DNA of 64,000 nucleotides from Vicugna vicugna. Taxonomy: Eukaryota. The notes under the pieces are model-generated. The model searched no databases, was not told where the DNA came from, and worked only from the letters and a program-made list of their open reading frames with translations. The DNA lies in assembly GCA_013265495.1 (NCBI GenBank), contig MU058451.1, positions 2,413,305 to 2,477,304 of the forward strand. The letters run 5' to 3'. A program made the translations under genes and the position numbers. Below are positions 14,053-24,724 of the stretch, in pieces (position 1 is the stretch's first letter; each line of letters opens with the position of its first letter).

Positions 14053-14772
14053 GACTCTTCATTAAAAAGTTCAGATTTGTTTTTCAAATGATTACATTCG
14101 GGGTTGGATTAGGTTGTTAGCCAGTTTTCCCAAAAGCTTGTAGGCAGATACGCCTTTATGTCTCCATGACTCGGCGACCCCCCAGCTGTAAGGGAGTCTG
14201 GGAAAATGGCAACCAGTTTTGCTCTTTTGGGGATTTTTTTGTTTGTTTGGTTGGTTTTTTGTCTCTATAAAGAGAAGAATTTCAGGCAGAAGGGAGTGAG
14301 GAAAGGCTTTGGACTCAGTCAACCAATGCCTTGGCACCCATGCCAAGCAGCGGCCGCACATGCATAAATGGACAGAGGAACGGGCCCATGGGCCCAGCAA
14401 GCTATGCGGTAAATTAGCAGTGATGGAGACAGTGGGATGCAATAGCCCATTAAGAGAAACTGCTGAAGCAGTACCACCACCAGTTTCCAGGAATAATACA
14501 CAGGCATGTTTCCAATGAAACTGAGGAGATCGAGCTGCCTTTTTTTAGAGTCTCCCTTTTTGACGATCTGATGCCACCATTTGCTTTTCACTTGTCATTT
14601 CTCCCTCCTACACCCTCAAATGGTTTTTAGGTCTCCTTAATCAGGACTCTCTAATGCCATTCTAGGCTCCACTTTCCAGGGTGTCTGGCTCACTCTCTTT
14701 CCCCTAATAGCTCAACTACCTTCTTATGTTTAATTTTCTCAGACTCCAATTCTTGGTTATTGCTTCTGCAAC

Positions 14773-14833
14773 AGAAAAAGAAAGAAGAGAAGGAAGGAAG
14801 GAAAGGAGGGAGGGAGGGAGGAAGAAAAAGAAG
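14773..14833. repeat. Homopurine (GGAA/GGGA) microsatellite
   Basis: Pure A/G run. Confidence 0.9.
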
Positions 14834-15191
14834 TTCAAGCTGAGGGGGGTTATATTCACATTTTACTAGTAGCCATTAATGCCGGGATGAAAGTACTGCC
14901 ACAGGTAACACAGGTATGACCGGGGGCACTGCAGGACAGGACCAGCGGAAAGGACATTTTCAGATTAGGGGCCCTCACCTTAACTTTGTCAGAGAACACC
15001 TCCCCACGGGGGTTAAGGCAACACAGTCTGGGAGCAGAAATGCAAGAAGGGAGAGCAGAACGGACTTGCCTGTCATCAGCGAGGGGGGCGACGGGACGGA
15101 GGGTGGTGCACAGAACTGGGTGGGGAAGGGCAGGGCTGCCCCAATGTGAGAAGGAAAACGGATGTGCTAGGGAGAGATGATGCTCCAAAAA

Positions 15192-15302
15192 GGGGAGGAT
15201 ATAGCTCAGTGGTAGAGCGCATGCTTAGCATGCACAAGGTCCTGGGTTCAAACACTAGTGCCTCCATTATAAATAAATAGATAAAAACCTAGTTCTCCCC
15301 CC
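15192..15302 (+). mobile_element. tRNA-Ala-derived SINE (camelid Vic-1 type)
   Basis: ggggaggatatagctcagtggtagagcgcatgcttagcatgcacaaggtcctgggttcaa (A and B boxes), followed by an AT-rich tail and a C-run. Confidence 0.85.
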
Positions 15303-16062
15303 AAATATATTTTTTTTTAAATCTTCATAAAAAGCTACACAGTTGGGTAACACCCAATCAAAATAGTGCCACTAATGGATTAATTATTACCATGGAGCTC
15401 TAACTGTGAATTACACATGGTAACCAAGGAGGGCCAGGGCGGGCCTAGGGAGGATAGGATGGCAGAGGGCATAGTGAAGGGAAATAAAAGTTGGCCTCAA
15501 ATTAAAGCGTACCCCCAGCATCCCCTTTGCTTATTCCTCAATAGAATGAATTTTTTTGGTCCTGGGTTTAGCTACAAGTGCGTACTATTAGAAAACAATC
15601 AATAAAGGAGTATATACAGGTAAATTAGGGAATAATCACTCACAGTATAAAATTATTACTGACTTTACAAAATGAATTCTCCTTGAGGTTTTCTTAAGTG
15701 CCACTTAAACTACTACTCAGGTTATCAAAGATATATTTTTTTAATGTACAGTACAGCTTTTAAGAGTTCTATTTCATAAGGTAATTCCATGTAATAGAAA
15801 GACAGAAGTTTCAGTCAATTGAGTTCGGCATTAAAAAACAAAACAAAACAAGAGGCGTACGCTGCTAACAGAGAAAGGAGGCAGAAAAGGGCAGCCTACC
15901 TTCGGGTGTAATAAGAGGTCTTTATATGCTGTGCCAGTAAGCTCCCGTTTCACCAAGAAGAATTCATTAAGTGGAGAGAAAGTCAATAAAAATGAGCTTT
16001 ATTAAAAAAGAACTGATGTAATTAAAGGTATTGGTGGAAACGAGCTCAGTTATGAAGGGGAA

Positions 16063-16073
16063 ATGACTCAGCA
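16063..16073 (+). promoter_or_regulatory. Consensus ARE/MARE (NRF2/NF-E2/BACH-sMAF) motif containing an AP-1 site
   Basis: ATGACTCAGCA, an exact match to RTGACTCAGCA in non-repeat sequence; motif evidence only. Confidence 0.4.
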
Positions 16074-16454
16074 ACACGGTTAAGAAATGAAACAATATAC
16101 CATAGAAGCTTCTCCCGATTGAAGTTATTTCAGGAGGACACTATGATCCTCTACATAATCTGTAATAGCCAAGGTGAATGCTAGCGTGATGGAGGAAGAA
16201 GTGCTCCCATAAAACTGTCATTCTCCAAATAACAGTGAATTATAGTATTGACAGTGCTTGCAGCCCGGGAAGCCTGTCCTCAGGGGTAGTAAGAAAGAGA
16301 GCCCCTGCAAGACTCGGGCTGGCAGCTTAAGACGGGCAGGGGTGATTTTCATGCATACTGTTCTGTAAGTTACCATCTAAATGAGAATATTTGGTCTCTG
16401 CAACACGTAAAGCTGCAGACTAGGGGAAATAGGCTTAAGACTCTCTGAAAATCT

Positions 16455-16492
16455 AGGAGATGTATAGCTCAGTGGTAGAGCATGTGCCTAAC
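16455..16492 (+). mobile_element. Tailless 5'-half retrocopy of tRNA-Ala/Vic-1 SINE RNA
   Basis: aggagatgtatagctcagtggtagagcatgtgcctaac stops at the anticodon loop, with no B box and no A-tail. Flanked by aagactctctgaaaa / aagactctgaaaa. Confidence 0.7.
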
Positions 16493-17611
16493 AAGACTCT
16501 GAAAAGCCCAGGTGAGATGCTATTTCCGTGGAAACAAGTATGCAGGCCAGTCAAATGAAACACACACGTCACAGGGCAGCAGAGTGGCCATGCAGTGTGG
16601 TTGGGAAAAAGGATCATCCCATCCAAGGTGATGTGGTCGTAGTCACGTGGTTGGCATGGAGGGCAAAAATCCACACACCTCAGGACCAGGTAATGTGCAC
16701 GTGGGGGCATTGTTGCAGACCTCAGATATATGGATATGCAAAGAAGGCAGAGGAGTTGTGGGAGTGACTAGCGCCCTCTCCCCCCGGGAGCTTACTGCTG
16801 TCTTGTGATCTCAACACGGGCCTGGGAGACAGAGAAACAGCCGGAGGCCTGGAGTTGCCAGGGATGCCATATGACAAGTGACTGCTGAGTCTAACACCTT
16901 CTAATATAACACCATCAAAAGACTTAAGAGCTTATTTGCTAAAAAATAAAATAAAAGGTGGATCAGAAGACGCTCCAAGCACTAGAAAGCTTGGTGCAGT
17001 GTTCTGCTAGCTGCCTCACCCTCACGTCGAGGGGGAAGATACCGAGGGTATTGTGAGAAGGGAGACGGGAGAAGTTTGGAAATGTCCAGTTACCAAGATA
17101 AAAAATAACCCATAATAAGATCAGCTCCAAATGGATGGCACATTCCAAATTAGAATATGACGTTTTCCTACACACTGATCCACACAACATTCCTCGTCTA
17201 CCCCAGAGAGTTGCTAACATAATCAGATGAACTACTGCCTGCAAGAATGATTTACAAACTATAAATCCTTTAAGAACTTACTGTGGTGTGTGGTCAGAAT
17301 GGTTAAAAAACAAAACAGAACCCCAAATACCTCAGGGAGCTTGAAGAGGAATATCTAAAAACGGTTAGGTCTTCATCGTGTCTCTGGAGTCTGCAGGCAT
17401 TTTTCTCTTAAAATATCTGCCTACGCACATTAGAACTGCATCGTTTGGGGCAGTAAAAGGGAGACTGTCTAATAAAGTATAAATAAAACTTGGGTGACCG
17501 AGTTTGGGGGAATGGGTTCCTTCAGAGTCTAATTATTATCAACTGATCATGACAAGAAAGGGGAAAACATTTGAAAATGTTTTGGTGAATCTGAAACTTT
17601 GTTTACCTTAC

Positions 17612-17779
17612 CTTTAGCTTTCTACCCACAAATTGCTGCTCTCTTAACACACAAAAGCCAAAACCAAACTACCACTTTCTCTCTCTAAGTATTGCTTAGG
17701 ATTCAGTGTTTCCCAACTTTGTCTACTTTCCCTCCTCATGCAGAGGAGGCGTGTCCCGCCCCTCCCCCATCTTGATTGG
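17612..17779 (-). promoter_or_regulatory. Candidate alternative promoter and non-coding first exon
   Basis: Minus strand reads CCAAT (17779-17775), then GGGGAGGGGCGGGACACGCCTCC (SP/KLF boxes, 17767-17745), then ~130 nt to the donor AAG|GTAAGG at 17612/17611. Confidence 0.4.
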
Positions 17780-17984
17780 AATTCTGTTGGGAAGAGATGA
17801 GAAACAAAGCAGGCTGGTTTGAACTAAAATTCATCCATGCCTTTTAATAGATTGTAAAGCTGATTTCTATCCAACCTTCCAAGAGATTCATCGTCCACAT
17901 GCCAAAGTATCACAAAATGCTATGTGAAAAAATGGGTCTTTCTACCCAGTAGAAATGGGTAGTGTGATCTCCAAAAGATATAAT

Positions 17985-18405
17985 AAAAGAATGTACATAA
18001 CAATGTTCATAATAGCCAAAAACTGAAATGGATAAATTGTGGGTAGTCCAGCCAGGGAATATTACATAGCATTGAAAATGAATGACCTATAGTTACACTC
18101 AACACTATATAACAACATAAAACAGAGTGAAAGAAATCACACAAGAATATATACAGCAAGGTTCCACTCCCACAGGGTACAAAACCAGCACAACTAAATT
18201 ATGCTGCGGGGAGCTAGGATGGTGGTGACTTCTGGGGACGGGGGTGTGACTGGGAGGGAGCACAGTGGGGGCTTCTGGGATGCCAGTGTGTTTCTTGAGC
18301 ATTCTCCTGATCACACAGCTGTGTTCAATTTTTGAAAATACATCAGGTGTATTCTTATATACCTTTTCCTGTGGTATATTTTGCTTCAGTATGACGCTTT
18401 TAAAA
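17985..18405 (+). mobile_element. Old L1 (L1ME-like) 3' end
   Basis: aatgttcataatagccaaaaactg...gggggcttctggga...gtgttcaatttttgaaaatacatcaggtgta, typical of an L1ME 3' UTR. Confidence 0.75.
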
Positions 18406-18965
18406 AGTGGAGCAGCCTCTAAGTTGACACGATTCAATTAGATTTGTTCTGACCAGTACTCTGACACCATCTGTTTTCAAATTTCCTAATTCCCGTGGGT
18501 CGGTAAGCAACTGATCAACAGAAATTCGATTGGTTTCTGAGGCTTAAAGCTGAGACACAGAATAAATGAATAAGTATTTTCACTCTTTCAGTAAATCATG
18601 GATTCAGTAAATGCATCTGTGAATTTAGTAGATTGTGGATGGACAGTCCATGGAGAGATACTTTGAATTCAGTGGGTGATATTTTGGCTTTTTGGATTTT
18701 GTTCCATTTTTGAGACGTCTTAAAAACCTTGGAGATGCCACATTCTCTACATGACAGAAATCTAAAAAAGTGGACCAATACCATCTATTGAACATAATTT
18801 AAATTGACAAAGGGTTTTCCCATTGATATATGACCAGGGTCTCATTTAATGGTAATATAGAACCATAGAAGATTCCTTTTAAAATGAACATGTTATGATT
18901 TTATACCACCCCCCATCCCTTTTATAGATCAAGAACCCGAGATTCGGAGAGGATACACCATACAA

Positions 18966-19900
18966 GTGAGGCAGAGCCATGAAGTCCTAGGAAATGGAGT
19001 GAGCACAGCAAATAGTTTCAACTCCAGGTAATTATTACTATTTACAAATAGGAATGACTCACAGCAGCTAAATGCCCCTTGAAAGGTAAAAATAGCCCGA
19101 GTGCACATAAGTGTACACACGATGTATTTTCAAAAACTGAACACGTCTTTGGGTGTTCAAATAGATACTCAAAAGCAGAATATCGACTAGAACTCAGGTT
19201 CCCTAACTACTCAGCCAGTTCACTTTCATTCTAGCTTTCGGGCTTCCATTGTACCGTTGGTTCACAGAATCGTGAACAACTAAAAAGAGATGATATGAAA
19301 TGAAGTTACAATGGGCCAACACCAAAGTTTTCACTTATTGTGATATTTACATATTCTAAAGAGCAAAGCCAAGAAATTGGGTGTTCCTAGGTGAGTACTG
19401 ATTGTTAGAAGCTGGCTAATGTCAGTTTAGGAACTCATATGTTAATAAAGAGTATCTTTTAAAAAATACTAACACTCTTTTATTGAAAATTATGATTATT
19501 TCCATAATTACCATAGTTACCAATGGGAACTGTGTTGGCTATTTTATTTTTTCGTTCAAGAACACATATTGTCAGAAGAGCACTAAATGGCCTCAGATCA
19601 GCCAGAACAGAATTTATCAGGCCCTTCTACATACACCTGAAGACATATAACTGAGATAGATTTGATGTTGTCTATAACTTCTTAGCTTCTGGCTACTGGT
19701 CACACAGTTGTGTTCAATTTTTGAAAATACGTCAAGTGTATACTTCCAGGCACTTGGGCTATTTTTACCCTACAGTGGCCTTTCAAGGACTGTTTACCTG
19801 CTGTGAGTCATTACTGTTTGTCAATAGTAATAATTACCTGAAGTTGAAACTATTTACCGTGTTCACTCCATTCCCCAGGACTTGTAGGCCTCTGACTCAC
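18966..19900. repeat. Long inverted repeat: arms 18966-19144 and 19710-19900, 565-bp spacer
   Basis: Manual alignment gives ~28 mismatches in ~180 columns plus one 11-bp indel (~84%). The ORF track shows near-identical peptides on opposite strands (FVNSNNYL.LKLF). Confidence 0.95.
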
Positions 19901-20439
19901 CGGCTGTAGAGCAAAGTAGTTTCATTATTTTTGAACCGACTTACCTCCTGGCTTTGTATTATAGGTAATGTACTGTGACTTGACGTTGTGGCTGTTACTC
20001 AGATTAAAAATATAAGTTCCCTTGATCATGGCTGCATAACATTTACGGTCTGATTCAGTACACTTCTAATGACAGGAATTGCTACGTTAAACTAGGCTTT
20101 AAAATCAACCATCAAACAAACGAATTAACAACATAAAATTTTGTGGCGGACGTTAGGGTCCTAATAACATTCTCATGCTGAGACTCTCAGACGCGTGTAT
20201 ATAAACTGCACTTCCTTCTCAAGCCTGAAGAAATGGTTACATCCCCCACGGCACTTGGACTCGCGGATGGACCCACTGGCCACAGGCCCAGCGGAAATAG
20301 GGAAATAAACGCTCATGAGTGGATTCTAAGTACTGTAGAAATTCTAGCACAGAGATAGCATTAATTACATATCATTCGAATCCTAAACAACAACTGAGGG
20401 TGGCCACGATGGGAAAGCAATTCACCCAGCAAATACTTC

Positions 20440-20535
20440 ATCTTTCCTTTGTTAACGGCGGTACTGGGGATAGAACTCAGGACCTTGCACATGCTGAACA
20501 CGTGCTCTACCACTGAGCTGTTACCCTCCCCACAA
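20440..20535 (-). mobile_element. tRNA-Ala-derived SINE (Vic-1 type)
   Basis: Reverse complement is ggggagggtaacagctcagtggtagagcacgtgttcagcatgtgcaaggtcctgagttcta. TSD caaatacttc at 20430-20439 and 20536-20545. Confidence 0.85.
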
Positions 20536-20545
20536 CAAATACTTC

Positions 20546-21270
20546 TTGAGCGCCTGCTCTGGGAATTGGAGCTTAAAAGAGATAATCCATGCAAAGGGTT
20601 TAGCAGGGTGACTGGTATGTGATAAACACTCTGTAAATGTTATCAGGGTAACACTTCCTGAAGGAAGCAACACTGAAGCTGACACGGGAAGGGCTGGAAG
20701 AATTAACTAGGCAGATGGGGTGGAGGAGGGAGAGAGAGCTGTCAAAGGTGAGAGAGGACAGCATCACTTTGGGACCATCAGGGGTTCAGGAAGGCTGAGA
20801 TATCAAGTGGCAGGGGCAAGGGTTGGGGCGACAGAACGAGCAGGTGGCAGAGTATGAAGAGCCCCCCCCCTTCTTGTTACAGAGGTTGGTTTTTATCTTC
20901 TGTACAGTAAGAATCACAAACGGCAATGCTTTTCACACCATAGGACCTCATCTACTGGTTAGCTCTGAAATCGTGTTCATGGGTTTTCACCAGCATTACT
21001 TTTTTTCTTTTAATAAAAGAGATCAAAACAGAATAGGACAGAACAGAAAAAAAAAAACTTGTTGATATATTTGGTCATGATGTATTGGGTCATAATGTTG
21101 AATTCTGTTCTTATTGAAAGCCACAGTCCAAAAGTTTAAAAGCCACATCTTTGAAGTATTTAAGCGGAGAAATGATACAAACAGCCTTTCGCTTTGGAAA
21201 AATCAATTTGGCTGCTGTGTAGAAAGGACTGGAGGGAGATGAGTGTGAGAACAGGAAGGATAGTTGCCAC
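20546..21270 (-). mobile_element. Fragmented L2 with an embedded MIR piece
   Basis: L2-like cttcctgaaggaagcaacactgaagctga and ttggaaaaatcaatttggctgctgtgtagaaag. MIR tail gataatccatgcaaagggtttagca. Confidence 0.5.
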
Positions 21271-21645
21271 AGTTAGACTACAGATGACAGCCTTCAGCCC
21301 AGGGTGGGGCTAGTGAGGACAGACAGAAGTTCTGCAGCTGGGTACCAGGATGCTGAGCAGGGTAAGAGCTAGGTGGGGAAGGTGTCGGAAATGCAGCCTG
21401 GGTTGCCCAAGTTTCTACCTTAGGCAACTGGCTAAGTCTTTCTGCCCTTCTCTGAGGCAAGGAACACCAGAGCCAAGGTAGTTCTGAAGGCACAAGAAAA
21501 TTATTAGGTCAAGACATGCTGGGGTACAAGGTTGAAGATATGGAGCATAAGCACAATTTAGAGAACTTTCTCTGTAGAAAATGAACAAACCAATCATTAA
21601 GGGTCTATTGTCTGAGGCTAAAAGTTAGCATAAATATTGGTACTA

Positions 21646-22800
21646 CTTTCTCCTAGAAGAAATAAAAGCAAGAATAAACAAATGGGACCTAATGAAACTT
21701 ACAAGCTTCTGCACAGCAAAGGAAATAAGAAGTAAAACAAGAAGAAAACCTATGGAATGGGAGAAAATTTTTGCAAGTGAAACCGACAAAGGCTTGATCT
21801 CCAGAATATATAAGCAGCTCATACAACTCAATAAGAAAAAAATAAACAACCCAATCCAAAAATGGGCAGAAGACCTAAACAAGCAATTCTCCAAGGAAGA
21901 CATACAAATGATCAAAAAGCACATGAAAAAATGCTCAATATCACTAATTATCAGAGAAATGCAAATCAAAACTACAATGAGGTATCACCTCACACCAGTC
22001 AGAATGGCCGTCATTCAAAAATCCACAAATGACAAATGCTGGAGAGGCTGTGGAGAAAGGGGAACCCTCCTACACTGCTGGTGGGAATGCAGTTTGGTGC
22101 AGCCACTATGGAAAACAGTGTGGAGATTCCTCAAAAGACTAGGAATAGACTTACCATATGACCCAGGAATCCCACTCCTGGGCTTGTATCCAGAAGGAAA
22201 TCTACTTCAGGATGACACCTGCACCCCAATGTTCATAGCAGCACTATTTACAATAGCCAAAACATGGAAACAGCCTAAATGTCCATCAACAGGTGACTGG
22301 ATAAAGAAGATGTGGTATATTTATACAATGGAATACTACTCAGCCATAAAAACCGACAACATAATGCCATTTGCAGCAACATGGATGCTCCTGGAGAATG
22401 TCATTCTAAGTGAAGTAAGCCAGAAAGAGAAAGAAAAATACCATATGAGATCACTCATATGTGGAATCTAAAAAACAAAAACAAAAACAAACAAACAAAA
22501 ACAAAGCATAAATACAGGACAGAAATAGACTCATAGACAGAGAATACAAACTTGTGGTTACCAGGGGGGTGGAGGGTGGGAAGGGATAGACTGGGATTTC
22601 AAAATTGTAGAATAGATAAACAAGATTACACTGTATAGCACAGGGAAATATACACAAAATGTTATGATAACTCACAGAGAAAAAAATGTGACAATGAGTG
22701 TGTATATGTCCATGAATGACTGAAAAATTGTTCTGAACACTGGAATTTGACACAACATTGTAAAATGATTATAAATCAATAAAAAATGTTAAAAAAATAA
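21646..22800 (+). mobile_element. Young 5'-truncated LINE-1 (lineage-specific)
   Basis: Exact 16-bp TSD ataaatattggtacta (21630-21645, 22801-22816). Uninterrupted ORF2 C-terminus, G-rich 3' UTR, aataaa and an A-rich tail. Confidence 0.97.
21692..22471 (+). pseudogene. C-terminal 259 aa of L1 ORF2p (cysteine-rich domain); lacks EN and RT, so non-functional
   Basis: Hallmark motifs [80 protein letters not shown]. Confidence 0.95.
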
Positions 22801-23499
22801 ATAAATATTGGTACTAATGTTAGATACACATATGTGTGTGTGTTATGTATTTTGTAAGGAAATGGAGTTAAGTAAGTTAATGCAAGTGCCTAGACTTTGG
22901 GAACAAATGGGAAAAAAAGACACTCTAAAGTAAATGCAAGTAAGAATCCTTATTAACAGAGTAAGTGTAAAGGTTAAAGACAACGCATATGAGCATCTAG
23001 CATAATACCTGACTCACAGCAGATGCTCTAAAAGTCAGTTTTTCTTTCCTCCCACTGTCCTCTATCATGTTAACAGTTCTTAAGATACAGCAAGATAAAC
23101 TACATGAGCATATTTCAGGTCACCTGCTAGCTAGATTTACCAGATGATGCTATGATTCACAAAACTGATCACATTCTTTGTTTTACAAGGGCTGCCAAGA
23201 AGCAAATGGGTGAATCCAAATGTACGGAGACTCAGCCCATGCATTTTGTAAATCTCACCTCAGTCTTATTTTTAAGCCTCTTCCTCGATTCTTTCACTTA
23301 AACAATATCACTGAGAAGTTTTTAAAGTCACCTTAAATCTTTTTTTGAAGTAAGTCAAAGCCTACAGATGGGAAGATGGATAAATAGATTAGACAGATAG
23401 ACAGATGGTTGAAATTCATGGATGGCTGCATATTTGATTATTAATCAAAGACCTATGTGTTTCAGTAGCTGAATTAGTTCCCTGAACCTTGTTTCTTTC

Positions 23500-23840
23500 T
23501 TTTTCTAGAAGTACTTATAATGAAAAAAATTTAAACATATACAAAACTAGAGAAAATGATATAACAAATAGTACAATGAACCCATGCCGCAGCTTTAACA
23601 ATTGTCAACACAGCCAATTTCATTTCCCGTAGAGCCTCACCCACTTCCCCAACTCCCGGATTAATTTAAAGCAAATCTCAACCACTATATTCATTGCATT
23701 GGTAAATATTTTAGTATGAATTTCCAAAAAAGAAGGACTCTTTAAAAACATAACCATAACCTCATTATCACATCTTAAAAAAGTTAACAATAATTCCTTA
23801 ATACCATTCAACATCAGCCAGTGTTCACATTTCCCCCAAT
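23500..23840 (-). mobile_element. L1MC-like 3' fragment
   Basis: ttaaacatatacaaaactagagaaaat...aaaaacataaccataacctcattatcaca...aacaataattccttaata. Confidence 0.7.
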
Positions 23841-24539
23841 TGTTTAACTTTTTTTTTTAACAGGTTGAATTTTAGATACTGATTATTTCTGGATCAACTC
23901 ATAAAACAGTTCCTCAGTAATTTAAATTTAGGACCAGAATGGGAAACTTACCACAGAATTTTCCCTTCATGGCCTGAGGCTGGATTCCTCCAGCTCCTCC
24001 TTATCCTTCTTTTTTCTCTTCCTGTGGTCCTTTCATCTTCCCATTTTGCCTCATTTTCTTTATCTACAACTTGAGTTCACTAGTGCATGTGCATACATGC
24101 ACACACACATAATGGGGGGAGCTTTACAACTTGCTGGTTGTGTAAAAATGAACGCTTGATATAAAAAGGGAAATTGTCATACAGCAGAGAAATGGGTTAA
24201 ACAAGTCCTTAAGAAAACTACTCTGTAGAATTACCAAATTTATAACTAATGACAAAACTTTGAGCAGGATGTCTTCTAATGCAGATATAACTATAAACAC
24301 TGTACACCCAGATATATGTATATGTATCTATGTATAGATACATAGATGCGTGTGCATTTGTGTGTATGTAGGCCTAAAAAGAACACTTCACTGTGCATAT
24401 TTGAAATAAAATGTCTTATTCCAGAGTCTGAAAAATTTAACATCCTTCAGAATATATTTAGAAACACAGACATATTAAAGTAAATGGCTTCAGGAAAAAA
24501 AAAAACAAAACAGCACCCCACAGAGTCATCGTGTCTTTC

Positions 24540-24705
24540 CACCTCCTGCTCTAGTGTCTGCCGCCTCAGCGGACTCCCTGTCTCCGGTCTCTCCCATTGC
24601 ATCAGACACACTGATGCTGACAGACATAGTTTCCTAAAACACAGATCCAACATGCCATGTCTTGAAAATCATCCACTGCCTACAGAATCAAATTCCAGTT
24701 TCTAC
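24540..24705 (+). mobile_element. L2 fragment
   Basis: ctccctgtctccggtctctccc...ttcctaaaacacagatccaac...cactgcctacagaatcaaattcca. Confidence 0.6.
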
Positions 24706-24724
24706 AAGTGGCAGCCCGGGTTGA

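Noticed and set aside
15192..15266. tRNA-Ala gene (also at 20.5, 28.2, 34.1, 38.4 and 62.6 kb)
   Set aside because: Extra 5' bases, degenerate stems, A-rich tails and TSDs identify these as SINE copies.
18929..19909. Paralogous small proteins on opposite strands (FVNSNNYL motif)
   Set aside because: The similarity is DNA-level inverted duplication; starts differ and an 11-bp indel shifts the frame.
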